From the NCBI RefSeq assembly GCF_018350175.1, contig NC_058368.1:103480001-103544000 (forward strand): 64,000 nucleotides of DNA. The letters are read 5' to 3'. The stretch is from Felis catus. Its lineage: Eukaryota. Of the stretch, positions 23,201 to 34,931 are shown in pieces (position 1 is the first letter of the stretch; each line of letters begins with the position of its first letter). The notes below the pieces were generated by a model. That model searched no databases and was not told the DNA's origin. It saw only the letters and a list, made by a program, of their open reading frames with translations. The translations under genes were made by a program, and so were the position numbers.

Positions 23201-26124
23201 GAACAGTCTCCACTCACTACAATGAGCAGAAATCCAACAATAAAGGACGTTACCGAATTAAAAGGCTGTGCAGGTATTCGGTAACAGAAGATTCACTTCA
23301 GTGCTGCCACAAACACCATGGTTTGTTTCCAATGTATTTTTAGCCAAACACCCTCCAGCTACTTCAAGCAAATCCACCCACCGGGTGCTGGGGAGTGGGT
23401 AGGAACAGAGGTTAGTATTAAGATGCACCCACTTACAGTTACGTGGCCACTAAGGACTCAAGATACATTTGTACAAGAATTCTGCTTCTGTGAGTTACAT
23501 TCTCATTAGAGAAAATGGAAAACACTTTTAGTGCTTTGAGGTTATGCTATTTTCACATCACATGCAAAGCTGCTTTTCAAAATCTTAGATAAAACTTTTA
23601 GATTAACAGCTACTGTGTACAATCTAGCCCTAAGGCAAAGAAGGATGGAAAGATTAGGATTTCTTTTTTATTTAAATCTTGCTGTTAAATCATGGGAGCC
23701 AGCTGAGCTCTAGGGGGAAAAGTCAGGAAACAGCAGAGCAAGAAAAGTAAGCACTTTAAATTGATACCCTTTCAAAAATTTCCCTAAACCTGCTTTTATC
23801 AGACATCAAAAGTAGTTGAAGTACATTTACTAAGTTGTTTTTATTCTAGTATTTGGAGTATATTGAAATCTTTCAAATGGCAGTTAAATCAAACATACCT
23901 AAAGTAAGTTGCCAGGGTGTGTATTTAAAAAAGAAAAAAGGCTTGTGAAATAGGGTAAGTAACGTTGAACTATTTTACATGACTTCTATTTTATCTTAAG
24001 AAACACTTTAAATTCACAACTGATTTTGTCCCTAGGACAAAAACATGAAACACCACTTATTATCTGTGGATTTTAAGTTTTGATTCTGCCTCTTATAAAA
24101 GACATTTTGTGTTTCATTATCATTATTATCAGCTAGAGCAATACGTATATATTGAGCAATTACAGGTTTCTAAATTATTTCCTTGTCTTGTAAGTGCTAA
24201 TATAAAAAAGGAAAAAAAATACATAAGTGAGACTAATCTTCCCTAGTTAAAATAAAATGTTCAAGTGTGACATATTCCATAGAAGGGCTTCTTTCCCTGT
24301 TTCCCAGTCTTGAGAATTAGAAATGACTTCGTACAGGAGCTAGATTTGAAGAATACCATGATTTCTTTTTTAAATGAGTCCTTTTCTTGTTACTACATTT
24401 AATATATAAAGAAAGATGATGCTTGCTATCTTAAACTGTATCTTTAAATATATATTTATATACATTTATTTATTTATTTATTTATGCCTTTCAAAATTGA
24501 ATTGTGAGGGTTGATTCGTGATCTTCAGAAGTCAGGGATTTGTAAGAAACATAAAAATACTTTAAGAAAATCTCATGTATTGCAACAATTAGCTCATTTA
24601 ATAACCCTGAATTATTGCCATTGTTATAAATGTAATATCTCAGGTTATTTGTCCTTAATTTTTATTGTTGAATGGATGTGTCCAATGACTAGAATAATGG
24701 GGGTGTTGTGAACTGTAGATCTGGACACTTGTTATATCTGTTCTCTATCAACAAAAACCAGACATGATTTTAGCATGTATAGTTTTTTATGCAGCACAAG
24801 GATATCCCCCAATATTTTGCACAGACTGCTAAGTTGCTTGACCTGCCTGAATGTGTCTCACTTGGCTAGAGATGGCCTGTCAAATCCATCACATACTGAT
24901 TGGAATAGATTACAGAGTTGATGGAGCACTGGGATTAGACCCATCTTTCTGCAAGAGACTCTGTAATCATGATGAGAGGTTATTGTTGCCTGTGAACTCA
25001 AAAGAGACAAACCACACTGCACGCAGGGATCAACTCCAGCTTTTTGTTATGCAACAGACATTGAAAAACAATACTAGTCAGGACATGTGCCACAAAGCCC
25101 AGTGAACATCAGAAAGGTCTGTTCAGCACTCATAAAAAGTAAAGCTAGAGCATTTAAACAAAAAATAATACATTTATTTGGATGGCTTCCAAGTAAATTA
25201 TATATCTTCTGGAACCAATATGTCTGCTTAATTGAAATTCAATGTTTTATTTTTGGCTTTATACAGAGAACATGGTATCTTTTAAGGCAATATTCTAATT
25301 GATTTCAAATATAAATTATATTATTTTACTCATAAAATTAATATATAGATACGGAAAAGTATATTTTATAACTATATAATGATGTGAACTTGGACTGAGA
25401 GAAGCTGATATTGTTGGGATTTCACTGTGTTACAAAACAAATACAGAGCTTTGCATAAAACCAGGTTTTTTTAATGTTTTAACCTAGGATATATGATAAG
25501 CTCCCGTTAAGGATATATTTTGTTCATATAAATTGTACCAAGAGTAAAATGCATGACATGGAGGATGTGAAATACACTCTCACTGAGCTGTCACTAATGT
25601 GTCATTTTTCTTTTCTTTGACCACTAGAAAATTTATGTATCTGTTTTCTTTCAGTTCTTAAATGAAGCAGGATCACATTTTAAAACCAAGCCAGTTATCC
25701 AGCAAGGCCTGTGCCCCCAAATAAATAAGTGAAATAAGAGAAGTTCATATACACATCTGATCTCTGATAGGTATAGAACATTCCTAGTAACATCTCCTTG
25801 CATAATGTACTCTGATGACAGAAAAGCAAAAATGTTTATTTTCCATATTATCAGAAACATGGCATACACTCAGAAAGGGGTTCTCTTAAGTACAGGACCA
25901 CATAAGTGCATTTACTTTTAACATGAGAACACTAATTTTCCTACTCACTCAAAGAACAGCTATTTCCCTTGTGGAGTAGCAATCAGAGAGATCCGGGCAT
26001 GATAAAGATGAAATACATTTTTCACAATCACCCATGGTCTGCAATTTCTAAATTTTGACATTTGCTATCAAAGATAATGTGAGGTATAATAAAGAGTACC
26101 TACTTGGGAGTCTGTTAGATATAT

Positions 26125-26290
26125 TCTAGTATCTTTACATATATGTTTTCAAAATTATTCTTCCTAAGCTTTTTTTTTTGAGGTAGGCATCATTATCTTT
26201 ATTTAATAAATTGACAAAGCAAGTCTTAGGATACTTGTCCATAATCACAGAACTGGTACAAAGGAGCTAAAAGTCAACCCCAAATCAGTT
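26125..26290 (-). mobile_element. MIR fragment
   Basis: tgaggtaggcatcattatctttattt...acttgtccataatcacagaactggt. Confidence 0.55.
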
Positions 26291-27232
26291 TAAATTGAAT
26301 TTAATAGGGGGAAAAAGGACCACATTAGAAAAGTTACAATGCTTTCCTCTTGTGCACTCAGAGCCACTGATTTTGTATGTGGCTAGATAGGGCTGTTCAA
26401 TAGGCATTATTTAAAAAAAAGTAAAGTTATACTTACCTACAGCTCCCATCTTGCCCCACTTTGTATATATCATACTATATTGTGATTGACTTCATGTTAA
26501 TTGCCCCCTTAAAATCTAAGACTAAACTATGCTTTTCAAGCGACTGGGGCTATGTCTTGTTCATTTTTGTATCCCCAGTAGCTAACAGAATGCCTAGTTG
26601 TGACAAAAAAAAATTATACGAATAAAAAAAAAAAGATTCACTGCATAAAAAATGGCTGTTTACTCTTAGAAGACTATGAAGGAGGTCTTAACCAAAAACA
26701 CCAATCCAAAAATATTTACATTCTATTTATTTTTATCATAAAAACCCAGTATCATATCTATACCTGTTAATAAGGAATCAGCCACAGACTAGTGACCACA
26801 GTGCCAGATGTAGCCAGCACTACTCTGCGTATATGTCATCTCTGCTCTGGTATATATACCAGGTAGTTTTCTATTACTGAATTTTGTTTCCTGAAATAAT
26901 GTCTGAAAAATAGAACAGGAATAACAATCACTTTGAAGTCCTTCATGGATTCCAGAATTCACTTTTTCGCTCACTCCATACACACATACTTACTGGACAC
27001 TCTCTGGGTAACAGGTGCTGAAGATACAAATATGAATGAACTAGGGTTCTTACTAATTATAAGCTCAATTTGAACCACTGTCAAAGTCTACATAGGAACA
27101 CAATGCAATGGTGAAAGTGCTAAAGCAGGGAGTTCAAGGTGCTAAGGAGGAAAGACGGAGGGAATAATCAGAGACGTGTGAACTGGGTCTTGTGGGAAGA
27201 ACACGCTTTTGTCACAAGAAAAGGGACGATCA

Positions 27233-27449
27233 GGGGTGCCTGCCTGGCTCAGTCAGTTAAGCATGTGAGTCTTGATTTCTGCTTAGGTCATGATCTCACG
27301 ATTCCTAGGATGGAGCCCTACTTCCATTTCTGCACTGACAGCACGGAGCGTGCGTGGGGTTCTCTCTCTCCCTGTCTTTCTGCCCTTCCTCTATTCTCTC
27401 ACTCTTGGCTCCACCCCCCTCAAAAGAAATAATATTAAAAAAAAAAGAA
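27233..27449 (+). mobile_element. Can-SINE (older subfamily)
   Basis: TSD aagaaaaggga(c/a)gat; gagtcttgatttctgcttaggtcatgatc. Confidence 0.92.
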
Positions 27450-28055
27450 AAGAAAAGGGAAGATTAGAAGATTCTAGGAAAAAAGTTAATGACATTTAGT
27501 GGTATCCTCCCACAGGGGCCATAGGAGCCTGAATGATGTGTGTGGACACATCCCAACACAGGTGGTACAACACTGTCTGTAATTTGTATGAATTCGTCCA
27601 GGAGACACTCCAGTGTTTGATGCCTATCTGCTCCGTCTGCTTCTCGCCTTGATTTTCCCTAATGTCTCTTAGACCAGCTTATGATTCTGTCAACTCCCAT
27701 TTCGGATGTCTCTGAAATTCTACCGTGTCAAAATCTCCTTCATTGTGGATAAAAACTGACCGATTACCATGCAAGACAAAAATATATACAACACACTACT
27801 GGACAGTCTTTGTTCAACTCCAAGGAGCCGGCAGCAGATATCAGCCAGTCTTACATAAGTCATGTCTCTTTCTGGACCTTCATTTCATTATCTTAAAAGT
27901 CATTTGTTCCAATTCTTTGCTTAAATGTCACCTTTTCAGTTAGCCTTGCCCTGAACACTCTATTCAGAAAGGCAAACTTCCCTTTCCCTCCACCTTTGAC
28001 ACACACATTCCCAATTCTTCTTACCTCACTCTATTTTTAAAAAAGTTTTCCCTCT

Positions 28056-28231
28056 GGGGCGCCTGGGTGGCTCAGTCGGGTCATGATCTCACAGTTGGTG
28101 AGTTTGAGCCCTGCATCGGGCTTTATGCGGACAGCTCAGAGCCTGGAGCCTGCTTAGGATTCTGTGTCTTCCTCTCTCTCTGCCCCTGCCTGGCTCTCAT
28201 TCTCGCTCTTAAAAATAATAAACATTAAAAA
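28056..28231 (+). mobile_element. Can-SINE with small internal deletion
   Basis: ggctcagtcgg joined directly to gtcatgatctc; 16-bp TSD aaaaaagttttccctc. Confidence 0.93.
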
Positions 28232-28299
28232 AAAAAAGTTTTCCCTCACACTTATCTTTTAACACTCAATATTCAATACAATTCACTTATATATTATTA

Positions 28300-28897
28300 T
28301 GTACTCAAGAATTTATCCTTGCCCAAAGAAAAATCTAGACTTTGCCCTCAATTTCTGGGATACAATCTCTAAACCCGTGCAATATCCTGCCTAATAAAAG
28401 TGTCTTTCTTTACCTGGGATCTCCACACCATGCCAGAAAGTCAAACAGTGTGATTTACAATGGGGACTTCGAGTCACACGGTACCAGTTCAGTCTCTACA
28501 GGGGCTGGATGGAGATTGAGGTGAGCCATGTGGGCAGTTGACCATGTCTATGTAATGGGATTCCCTTAAAGGTTCTGGACACCAAGTCTCAAATAGCTTC
28601 CCTGGTTGTCAATACTCTGTGCTTATTACTAGAGGTCACTGCCGTGAGGACTTAACCCTGTCCACGACTCCACTAGGAGAGTCTATAATGGACGGTCCAC
28701 ATTTAGAACCCTCTTGCACTTGGCTTTCCCTTAGCTGATCTTAAGCTGTAACAAACCATAACCATAGGTATAACAGCTTTCAGTGAGTTGTGTGAGTTCT
28801 TCTAGTGACATGATATCTGAGGGTATCTTGGCTCCCCCAAACTTGGAATTGGTGTCAGCGGTGAGGATGGTCTTGTGAACTGTTCTCTAACTTTACA
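28300..28897 (+). mobile_element. ERVL solo LTR (MER21-like)
   Basis: TG...CA ends; ccttgcccaaaga, ctggacaccaag, aacagctttcagtgagttgtgtgagttcttctagtga, cccaaacttggaattggtgtcag. Confidence 0.8.
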
Positions 28898-29099
28898 GTT
28901 AGGCTCATGTGTTATTATCAGTGCCTCTCACTGGAACAAAAACTACATGAAGACAGGATTCTTCATATGTTTTGTTCCCCAATTAGCAAAGGGCTTGCAG
29001 AGAATCGTTACTCTACAAATATTTGTTGAATGATTGAATTGAATGTATTATACTAGCTGAATTCTGCTCTTTTACTTTATTATTAAAGGGCACAGATTA

Positions 29100-29319
29100 G
29101 GGCTCCTGGGTGGTTTAGTCGGGTAAGCAACTGACTCTTGATTTCAATTCAGATCATGATCTCACAGTTTTGAGACTGAGCCCTGGACCAGCTCTGCATT
29201 GAGGCAGTGAGCATGGAACCTGCTTGGGATTCTCTCTGTCTCTCTGTCTCTGTCTCTCTTTCTCTGCCTCTCTCCCACTTGCACACACATGCTCTCTCAA
29301 AATAAATAAACTTTTTAAA
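29100..29319 (+). mobile_element. Can-SINE (first of a tandem pair)
   Basis: gggctcctgggtggtttagtcgg...gactcttgatttc...(CT)n, A tail. Confidence 0.92.
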
Positions 29320-29335
29320 AAAATGACAGAATTTA

Positions 29336-29570
29336 GGGCCACCCAGGTAGCTCAGTCAGTTGAGCAAATGACTTTGGCTCAGGTCATGAGCTGACCTGTG
29401 GCTCAGGTCTCACAGCTAATGGGTTCAAACTCTGCATCAGGCTCTGTGCTGAAAGCTTGGAGCCTGGAGCCTGCTTTGGATTCTGTGTCTCCCTCTTTCT
29501 CTGCCCCTCCCCCACTCACACTCTGTCTCTTTGTCTTTCTCAGAAACAAACATTAAAAAACTAAAAAATA
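29336..29570 (+). mobile_element. Can-SINE (second of a tandem pair)
   Basis: TSD aaaa(t/g)gacagaattt at 29320-29334 and 29571-29585; internal repeat of ggctcaggtc. Confidence 0.92.
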
Positions 29571-30577
29571 AAAAGGACAGAATTTGATGATACTGCCACA
29601 TCACATCATCCAGTTTCCCATGTGAATTTAATTTAAAATAGAAAAATGCAAAATGGAAGGAGCGTTCTTCTAACATTTTTAGAGAATGTAGGTAGTTTTA
29701 AAGGAGGCTTCTAATTTCTGTGATATTTACAGAAGTTGGACAAAAACAGTGGGCTTACGAGAAGGCTCAATGCTCATCAAGTCGCCTTTGCCCAAGTTGC
29801 TGATATGCGCATCTTTTTCCACATCTGAATCATAATGAATGAACATAAATATATAATTGTCAATAGGCAGAAATATCTGCAAAGAGAGACTCAGAGAAAA
29901 GTAAGCAGGCCGAGGCATGACCCTGTCACTCCAGCACCTAAACAAATGTTACTACGCAGATAGGCCATCGAGAGTTTTTCCCAGGGAAGGCAGATGCTTT
30001 GGACCTTTTGATAGTTTTAAATTGCCTTTCTTTGTGCAGGGATTAAGCTAAGCAGCTCTATAGAATTTCAAAAGAGGAAATGTGAACTTAAAGCCCAAAT
30101 CAAAGATGATTCACTTGTCTTGGTCTATTGATTTCATATGTTCATAGAAAGGAGATTTTTTTTTAAGCTGTTAATCTTGTTCATATTACATCAATAGTGT
30201 AAAGGCTGAGAGAGCACCAGGGATGTTTAGAAGCCAGTTTTATGACATCTAAATTATTCTGCTTAATAAAATAACACAACATGGGTGCTTATATGTGACC
30301 CCTGGCTTATATGTGACACTGTCGAGTCCATCTGTTTTCAGGTACACTTAAAACAATTTACAAACACCTATGCTCTCAATAATAATTGTAATCAGTTATA
30401 GAGATAGAAGCGTTCTAATTTGGTTTTCACCACTGTCTACACACAATTATGGTCGACAACTAACAACAGTTCATCTTTCTCTCATGTGACACATACCTAT
30501 CCAACCCTTGTGTTCCACTTCCTTGGTAATAAATAATACTGACAGTGAAGCTAAAATAATAAATATATAAACTTTTT

Positions 30578-30818
30578 TATTTTTATTTTTTTTATTATTT
30601 TTTTAAATTTTTTTTCAACATTTACTTATTTTTGGGACAGAGAGAGACAGAGCATGAACGGGGGAGGGGCAGAGAGAGAGGGAGACACAGAATCGGAAAC
30701 AGGCTCCAGGCTCTGAGCCATCAGCCCAGAGCCCGACGTGGGGCTCGAACTCACAGACCACGAGATCGTGACCTGGCTAAAGTCGGACGCTTAACCAACT
30801 GCGCCACCCAGGCGGCCC
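30578..30818 (-). mobile_element. Young felid Can-SINE (SINEC_Fc-like)
   Basis: TSD tataaacttttt at 30566-30577 and 30819-30830; long T-rich tail. Confidence 0.95.
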
Positions 30819-30849
30819 TATAAACTTTTTTAAAAACTCAACCTTATTT

Positions 30850-31050
30850 GATGCCTGGGTGGCTCAGTCAGTTAAGCATCTGATTCTTGATTTCAGTTCA
30901 GGTCATGATCTCATGGTTCATGAGATCAAGCCCCACATAGGGCTCTGTCTGCTTGGGATTCTTTCTTTCCCTCTCTCTCTCTGCCTCTCCTCCATGTGTG
31001 AACACATACACGCTCTCACTCCCCCTTTCTCTTTCTCAAAATAAACAAAT
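30850..31050 (+). mobile_element. Can-SINE (older), head-to-head with the previous one
   Basis: gcctgggtggctcagtcagttaagcatctgattcttgatttcag...caaaataaacaaa. Confidence 0.9.
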
Positions 31051-32897
31051 GAAAGTCATCCTTATATCTCACTATTCCTATCCAGTAAAAATGCTTCTGA
31101 TTTTATTTTCTAATGTTCTTTCTATTTGTGAATAGAAATTTACTCAATTTACACTGCCATTGTTTTTTGGAAATTTTTGTTTCACATCTACCTGGATTAC
31201 TGTCACAGAATCACACTACTGTGACCCAGATGTTTTGAGCCTGGTCCTTTTAATGCAGCTATTGTGGCAGCTGTGAAGTTTTAATGTTATCTACCACTCA
31301 GATACGGAGGTCTAGATATAAAGTATTTTTAGGTCTTCTCAGTAAACACAATCAGCCAACAAGTGGAAATTGACTCCCAACCAGAGATGCAATGGCTAGA
31401 AACACAGCCAGCATGCAGTATTCTGGCAGAAATGTGGCATATCCAATCATAAGAGACCACTGAAATAACTGGTTATCTTGATACTCCTGAGCCCAATTGT
31501 AAGGCAACAAGGCAGGCAGCAGGCAATGAACCAGAAAATGAAGAAAGGACATGTTAACACAGTTGACAGGGAAATCAGCCATTCTTTCCACATCCTAAGA
31601 TCTGCAAACCATTTCACCTGCCAATAAACCCAATGAGGCTTTGGAGATGGGCTGGGGGCATGGATTGCTAGATAATTCTCTGTTGAGGGAAGGTTTTAAT
31701 AATGCAGGGGGAAAGAAAAGTTTTTCACTCCAAAAGAGTACTGGTTGAAGTAAAGAAATTTCCAGAAGAGCAAATGCAAAAAATCTCACTGGTTTGCACT
31801 GCTTCTGGTATGTCAGAAGATGAGCCTTACACAAAATCATGGGCCTAGAATAATTGGAGTAAAAATCCCAACTATATTTGAAAGTTCTCTACTTTTCTTA
31901 TCAAGAAAGAACTATTCACAAGAGAGTGAAAAGTAAATACTACGTAGACTTGCAGGAGAGATTTTCATAAAATGGAAGTGCCTTCTAGAAATAAGACTTG
32001 ATGTCAACAAAGGGGATTTGTACATTAAAGGACATGAGGGCCATTTTCCTCTCACAAAGAGAGGAAGCATCTTTGGGCAGTCCTGAGTGAGGAGCCCACA
32101 AAACAGCAGCAGCCCATGAAAACTTGGTCATGCTAACAAAGAGTGATGGACATCCTGAAAGCAGGAAATGAAAGGGTATGGGATGCAGAGGTGAGTTTGC
32201 CAAGATCACAGTAATGTCGTGAGGGGGTCAGGGTGTCTCAGGTCCATTTTCCCAGGTCAACCACATGGCCATTTTCACTCTAGAGCCCTTCTTCTCTCGT
32301 GATTACTAGTCAGAAAATGAAGCATGGGTTCTCTCTGTACTTGCATTTTCAAATCTATCTGGAATTGCTATGCCAACAGAGAGCCAAGGTAAACATCTCC
32401 CTTTCTCTCTTGCCACCTATTCCCTGATTCTGCCCCTGACTCTCCAATTCCCCATCACCCAGGGAATCTATGCTACTTACAAGGGAAGGAAATCTTGCTC
32501 TGAGTTGCTACATGTTTTCATAGCTTTGAGTTCCCTTGGGTCCTATGATTTTGAAACCTAAACTGTTACTCCTCTTTTCAGCTGTAACAAACTTTTCCTA
32601 AGGCACGGATGTGGCAAGTTCTGGCTCCTGACCAAGTGGGAAATAGGTCAGGTTTATAGGAAATACAAAGAGAAAGGCCACCAGTTCCTATCTCAAAATA
32701 CCCCATCACAGTGTAATGAACCCTTTCTGTCAAATAGAAATTAAAGTGCTTTTCCTATTGTCATAATAAATTGTCAACAATTGTCATAGTACAAGAAAAC
32801 TTGGGATAATTCAACTGCCAATGAGAAAAAAAGAACATGCACAGATTAGAAAGATAGAGGGCTACATCATTTCCTTGCAGAACAAATTTTGTTATAT

Positions 32898-33200
32898 ATT
32901 CATTCATCCACAAATACTGAGCACTTGAGTGCCTGCTCTGTACTAGGTTATAGACTCTGAGGATACCATGATGTATAAAATAGACAAAATACTCCTTGAC
33001 CTGAAAGAGTTTATATTATTGCAGTAGAAGACAAAAATTAAGAAATAAAAACAAATTAAATGTTGTATAACAATGTTAAATATTACCAAAAAAAGCCAGA
33101 AGGGATATACAAAATACTAAGAAATATTAGAGGTTTAAACAGCCAGAAAAAAGCCATACTTGAAATTAAGATGTTTAAACAAAGATATGATAAAAGTGAG
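32898..33200 (-). mobile_element. L2 3' fragment
   Basis: ttcattcatccacaaatactgagcacttgagtgcctgctctgtactagg... Confidence 0.65.
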
Positions 33201-33234
33201 GAAGAGATCAGGGGTGCCTGAAAAGGGAAGATCA

Positions 33235-33389
33235 GGGGTGCCTGGGTGGCTCAGTCAGTTAAGCATCTGACTCTTGGTTTTGGCTCAGGTCATGATTTCA
33301 CAGTTGCTAAGATCAAGCCTTGCATTGAGCTCTGTGCTGACAGCATTTTCTCTCTCCCTCTCTTTCTGCCTCTTGTCCGCTTGCACTCA

Positions 33390-33428
<39 letters not shown>

Positions 33429-33466
33429 TCTCTAAGTAAATAAATAAATTTAAAAACTTAAAAAAA
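33235..33466 (+). mobile_element. Can-SINE with duplicated 5' junction
   Basis: agatcaggggtgcctg occurs at 33205-33220 and 33229-33244; (CT)n; A tail. Confidence 0.92.
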
Positions 33467-34260
33467 TGTGCAGTCACTTGGAATATAACTGTTGATAACT
33501 ATGGGTCACGATTACTGATCATTTACTCAATTATGCATCATGCTATAATTTTTACCTATTTTACATCATTTACTCTTGACAACATCTTTATGACCCAAAT
33601 GGTATATTAAGTCCACTTACAGATGAGAAAACAATTGAGAACAAATTTCTAATTTCACATAACTAGTTCATGGCAGACCTTAACTGTGAACACAGTACAA
33701 ACTCATGTGAAATCTCTGATCCTGTGAAGCTCTACATGCAAAGAGAAGTGATGCCCCACAGATTCTAGAGAAACGTTCAGTCAGTTCCTATACAAAAGTC
33801 CTTATATTACTCACTAACTTGCTTGAATTCAGATGGCTCTGTGGATTCACCTTTCAGTTTAAACAAAACTTACCTAAGATCAGTATCCCCAAAATCTTTT
33901 CATTTTGGCCTCCTTCTATTCTTGCTCTTTTTAAATACCGTGTGACCAAGGCCTTGATTTAACCTGCTGCCATCTACTATCGTGAGGGACAGACAGCTCC
34001 TCAATCTCCTTGGAATGAAGACAAGAAAACTGTGTGCCCTATATTCTGACATTTTTAGAGTGTAGCATTGCTCTTTTGCTCATACTGATCCCCGTTACAG
34101 CATAACTTCAGTTTATGATTAGAAATGAAGACTCCCTTTATGAATAAATATAGAAAGACAAAAGGGAAGAAAGGGATCAAAGTACTAGATTTTTCCTTAG
34201 AGTAGGCAGCTAGCAACGTGACAAAAAAAATGGAGAAAGGCAACACAATCTATAAAAATC

Positions 34261-34600
34261 AATTATTAAATTATAATTATAATATAATCATATTTTAATC
34301 ATATTATTAAATTATAATTGTAATATAACCATATTTTAATCATATATTATAATCAATTTATAATTATATTATAAACAATTATAATTATATACAATTGTAT
34401 ATAATTACAATTATTAAATATTAATTGAATTGATTAACTGTTGAAATATTAAATATTAAATTATTTAAATATTGGTTATATTTATTATATTTATACACTT
34501 ATTAATATTTGTTTATTAATATTAAATATTAATTAAATGTTAAAATAATTAAATATTAATTTATTAATTAAAATATGGTTATAATTATTAAATTATTAAA
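34261..34600. repeat. AT-rich low-complexity tract with internal direct and inverted repeats
   Basis: Almost only A/T; starts and ends with aattattaaa; 26-bp palindrome at 34382-34407. Confidence 0.95.
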
Positions 34601-34717
34601 CAGTAAGTACTTAAACTACATTACAAATGCCTAACATATATTGTTGAGTTGAATTTTATTATTTGCTTCACATGGATTTGGCTTGGGTACCATCAATCTA
34701 AAACTTTTCTCTCTAGG

Positions 34718-34931
34718 CTGGGTTTCCCAAACTTGACACTGTGGTTATTTTAGGTCAGATATTTCTTTATTATGAGACTGCTCTACACATTGTAGAATTT
34801 TCAGCAGTATCCCTGATACCTACCCAGTAGATGCTGATAACTCACATTCCCCAACTGTGACAAATAAAAAAGTCCATGATATTGCCAGGTGCCACCTAAG
34901 GGAAAAAAAATCTCCTGGTTGAAGACCACTT
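34718..34931. mobile_element. MER20 (hAT-Charlie MITE)
   Basis: Full-length match to recalled MER20: cattgtagaattttcagcagtatccctg...ccagtagatgc...gtgacaaataaaaa...ggttgaagaccact; ctcta target-like flanks on both sides. Confidence 0.88.

Larger units (their letters stand above)
27860..29045 (+). mobile_element. L2 3' end interrupted by a SINE and a MER21-like LTR
   Basis: ttgcttaaatgtcaccttttcag...; ends caaatatttgttgaatgattgaattgaatg. Confidence 0.7.

Noticed and set aside
23249..23285. Hairpin gttaccgaat-17 nt-attcggtaac
   Set aside because: A 10-bp stem with a loop of this size is expected about once or twice by chance in 64 kb; too short for a pre-miRNA.
26431..26440. Consensus minus-strand donor AG|GTAAGT
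   Set aside because: No matching acceptor found, and the upstream sequence is an L2 relic; isolated donors are common.
26847..26862. 16-bp palindrome ctggtatatataccag
   Set aside because: About one is expected by chance, and it has a TA core.
30286..30319. 13-bp direct repeat gcttatatgtgac (similar short repeats at ~59020 and ~61157)
   Set aside because: Trivial slippage duplications; not an array.
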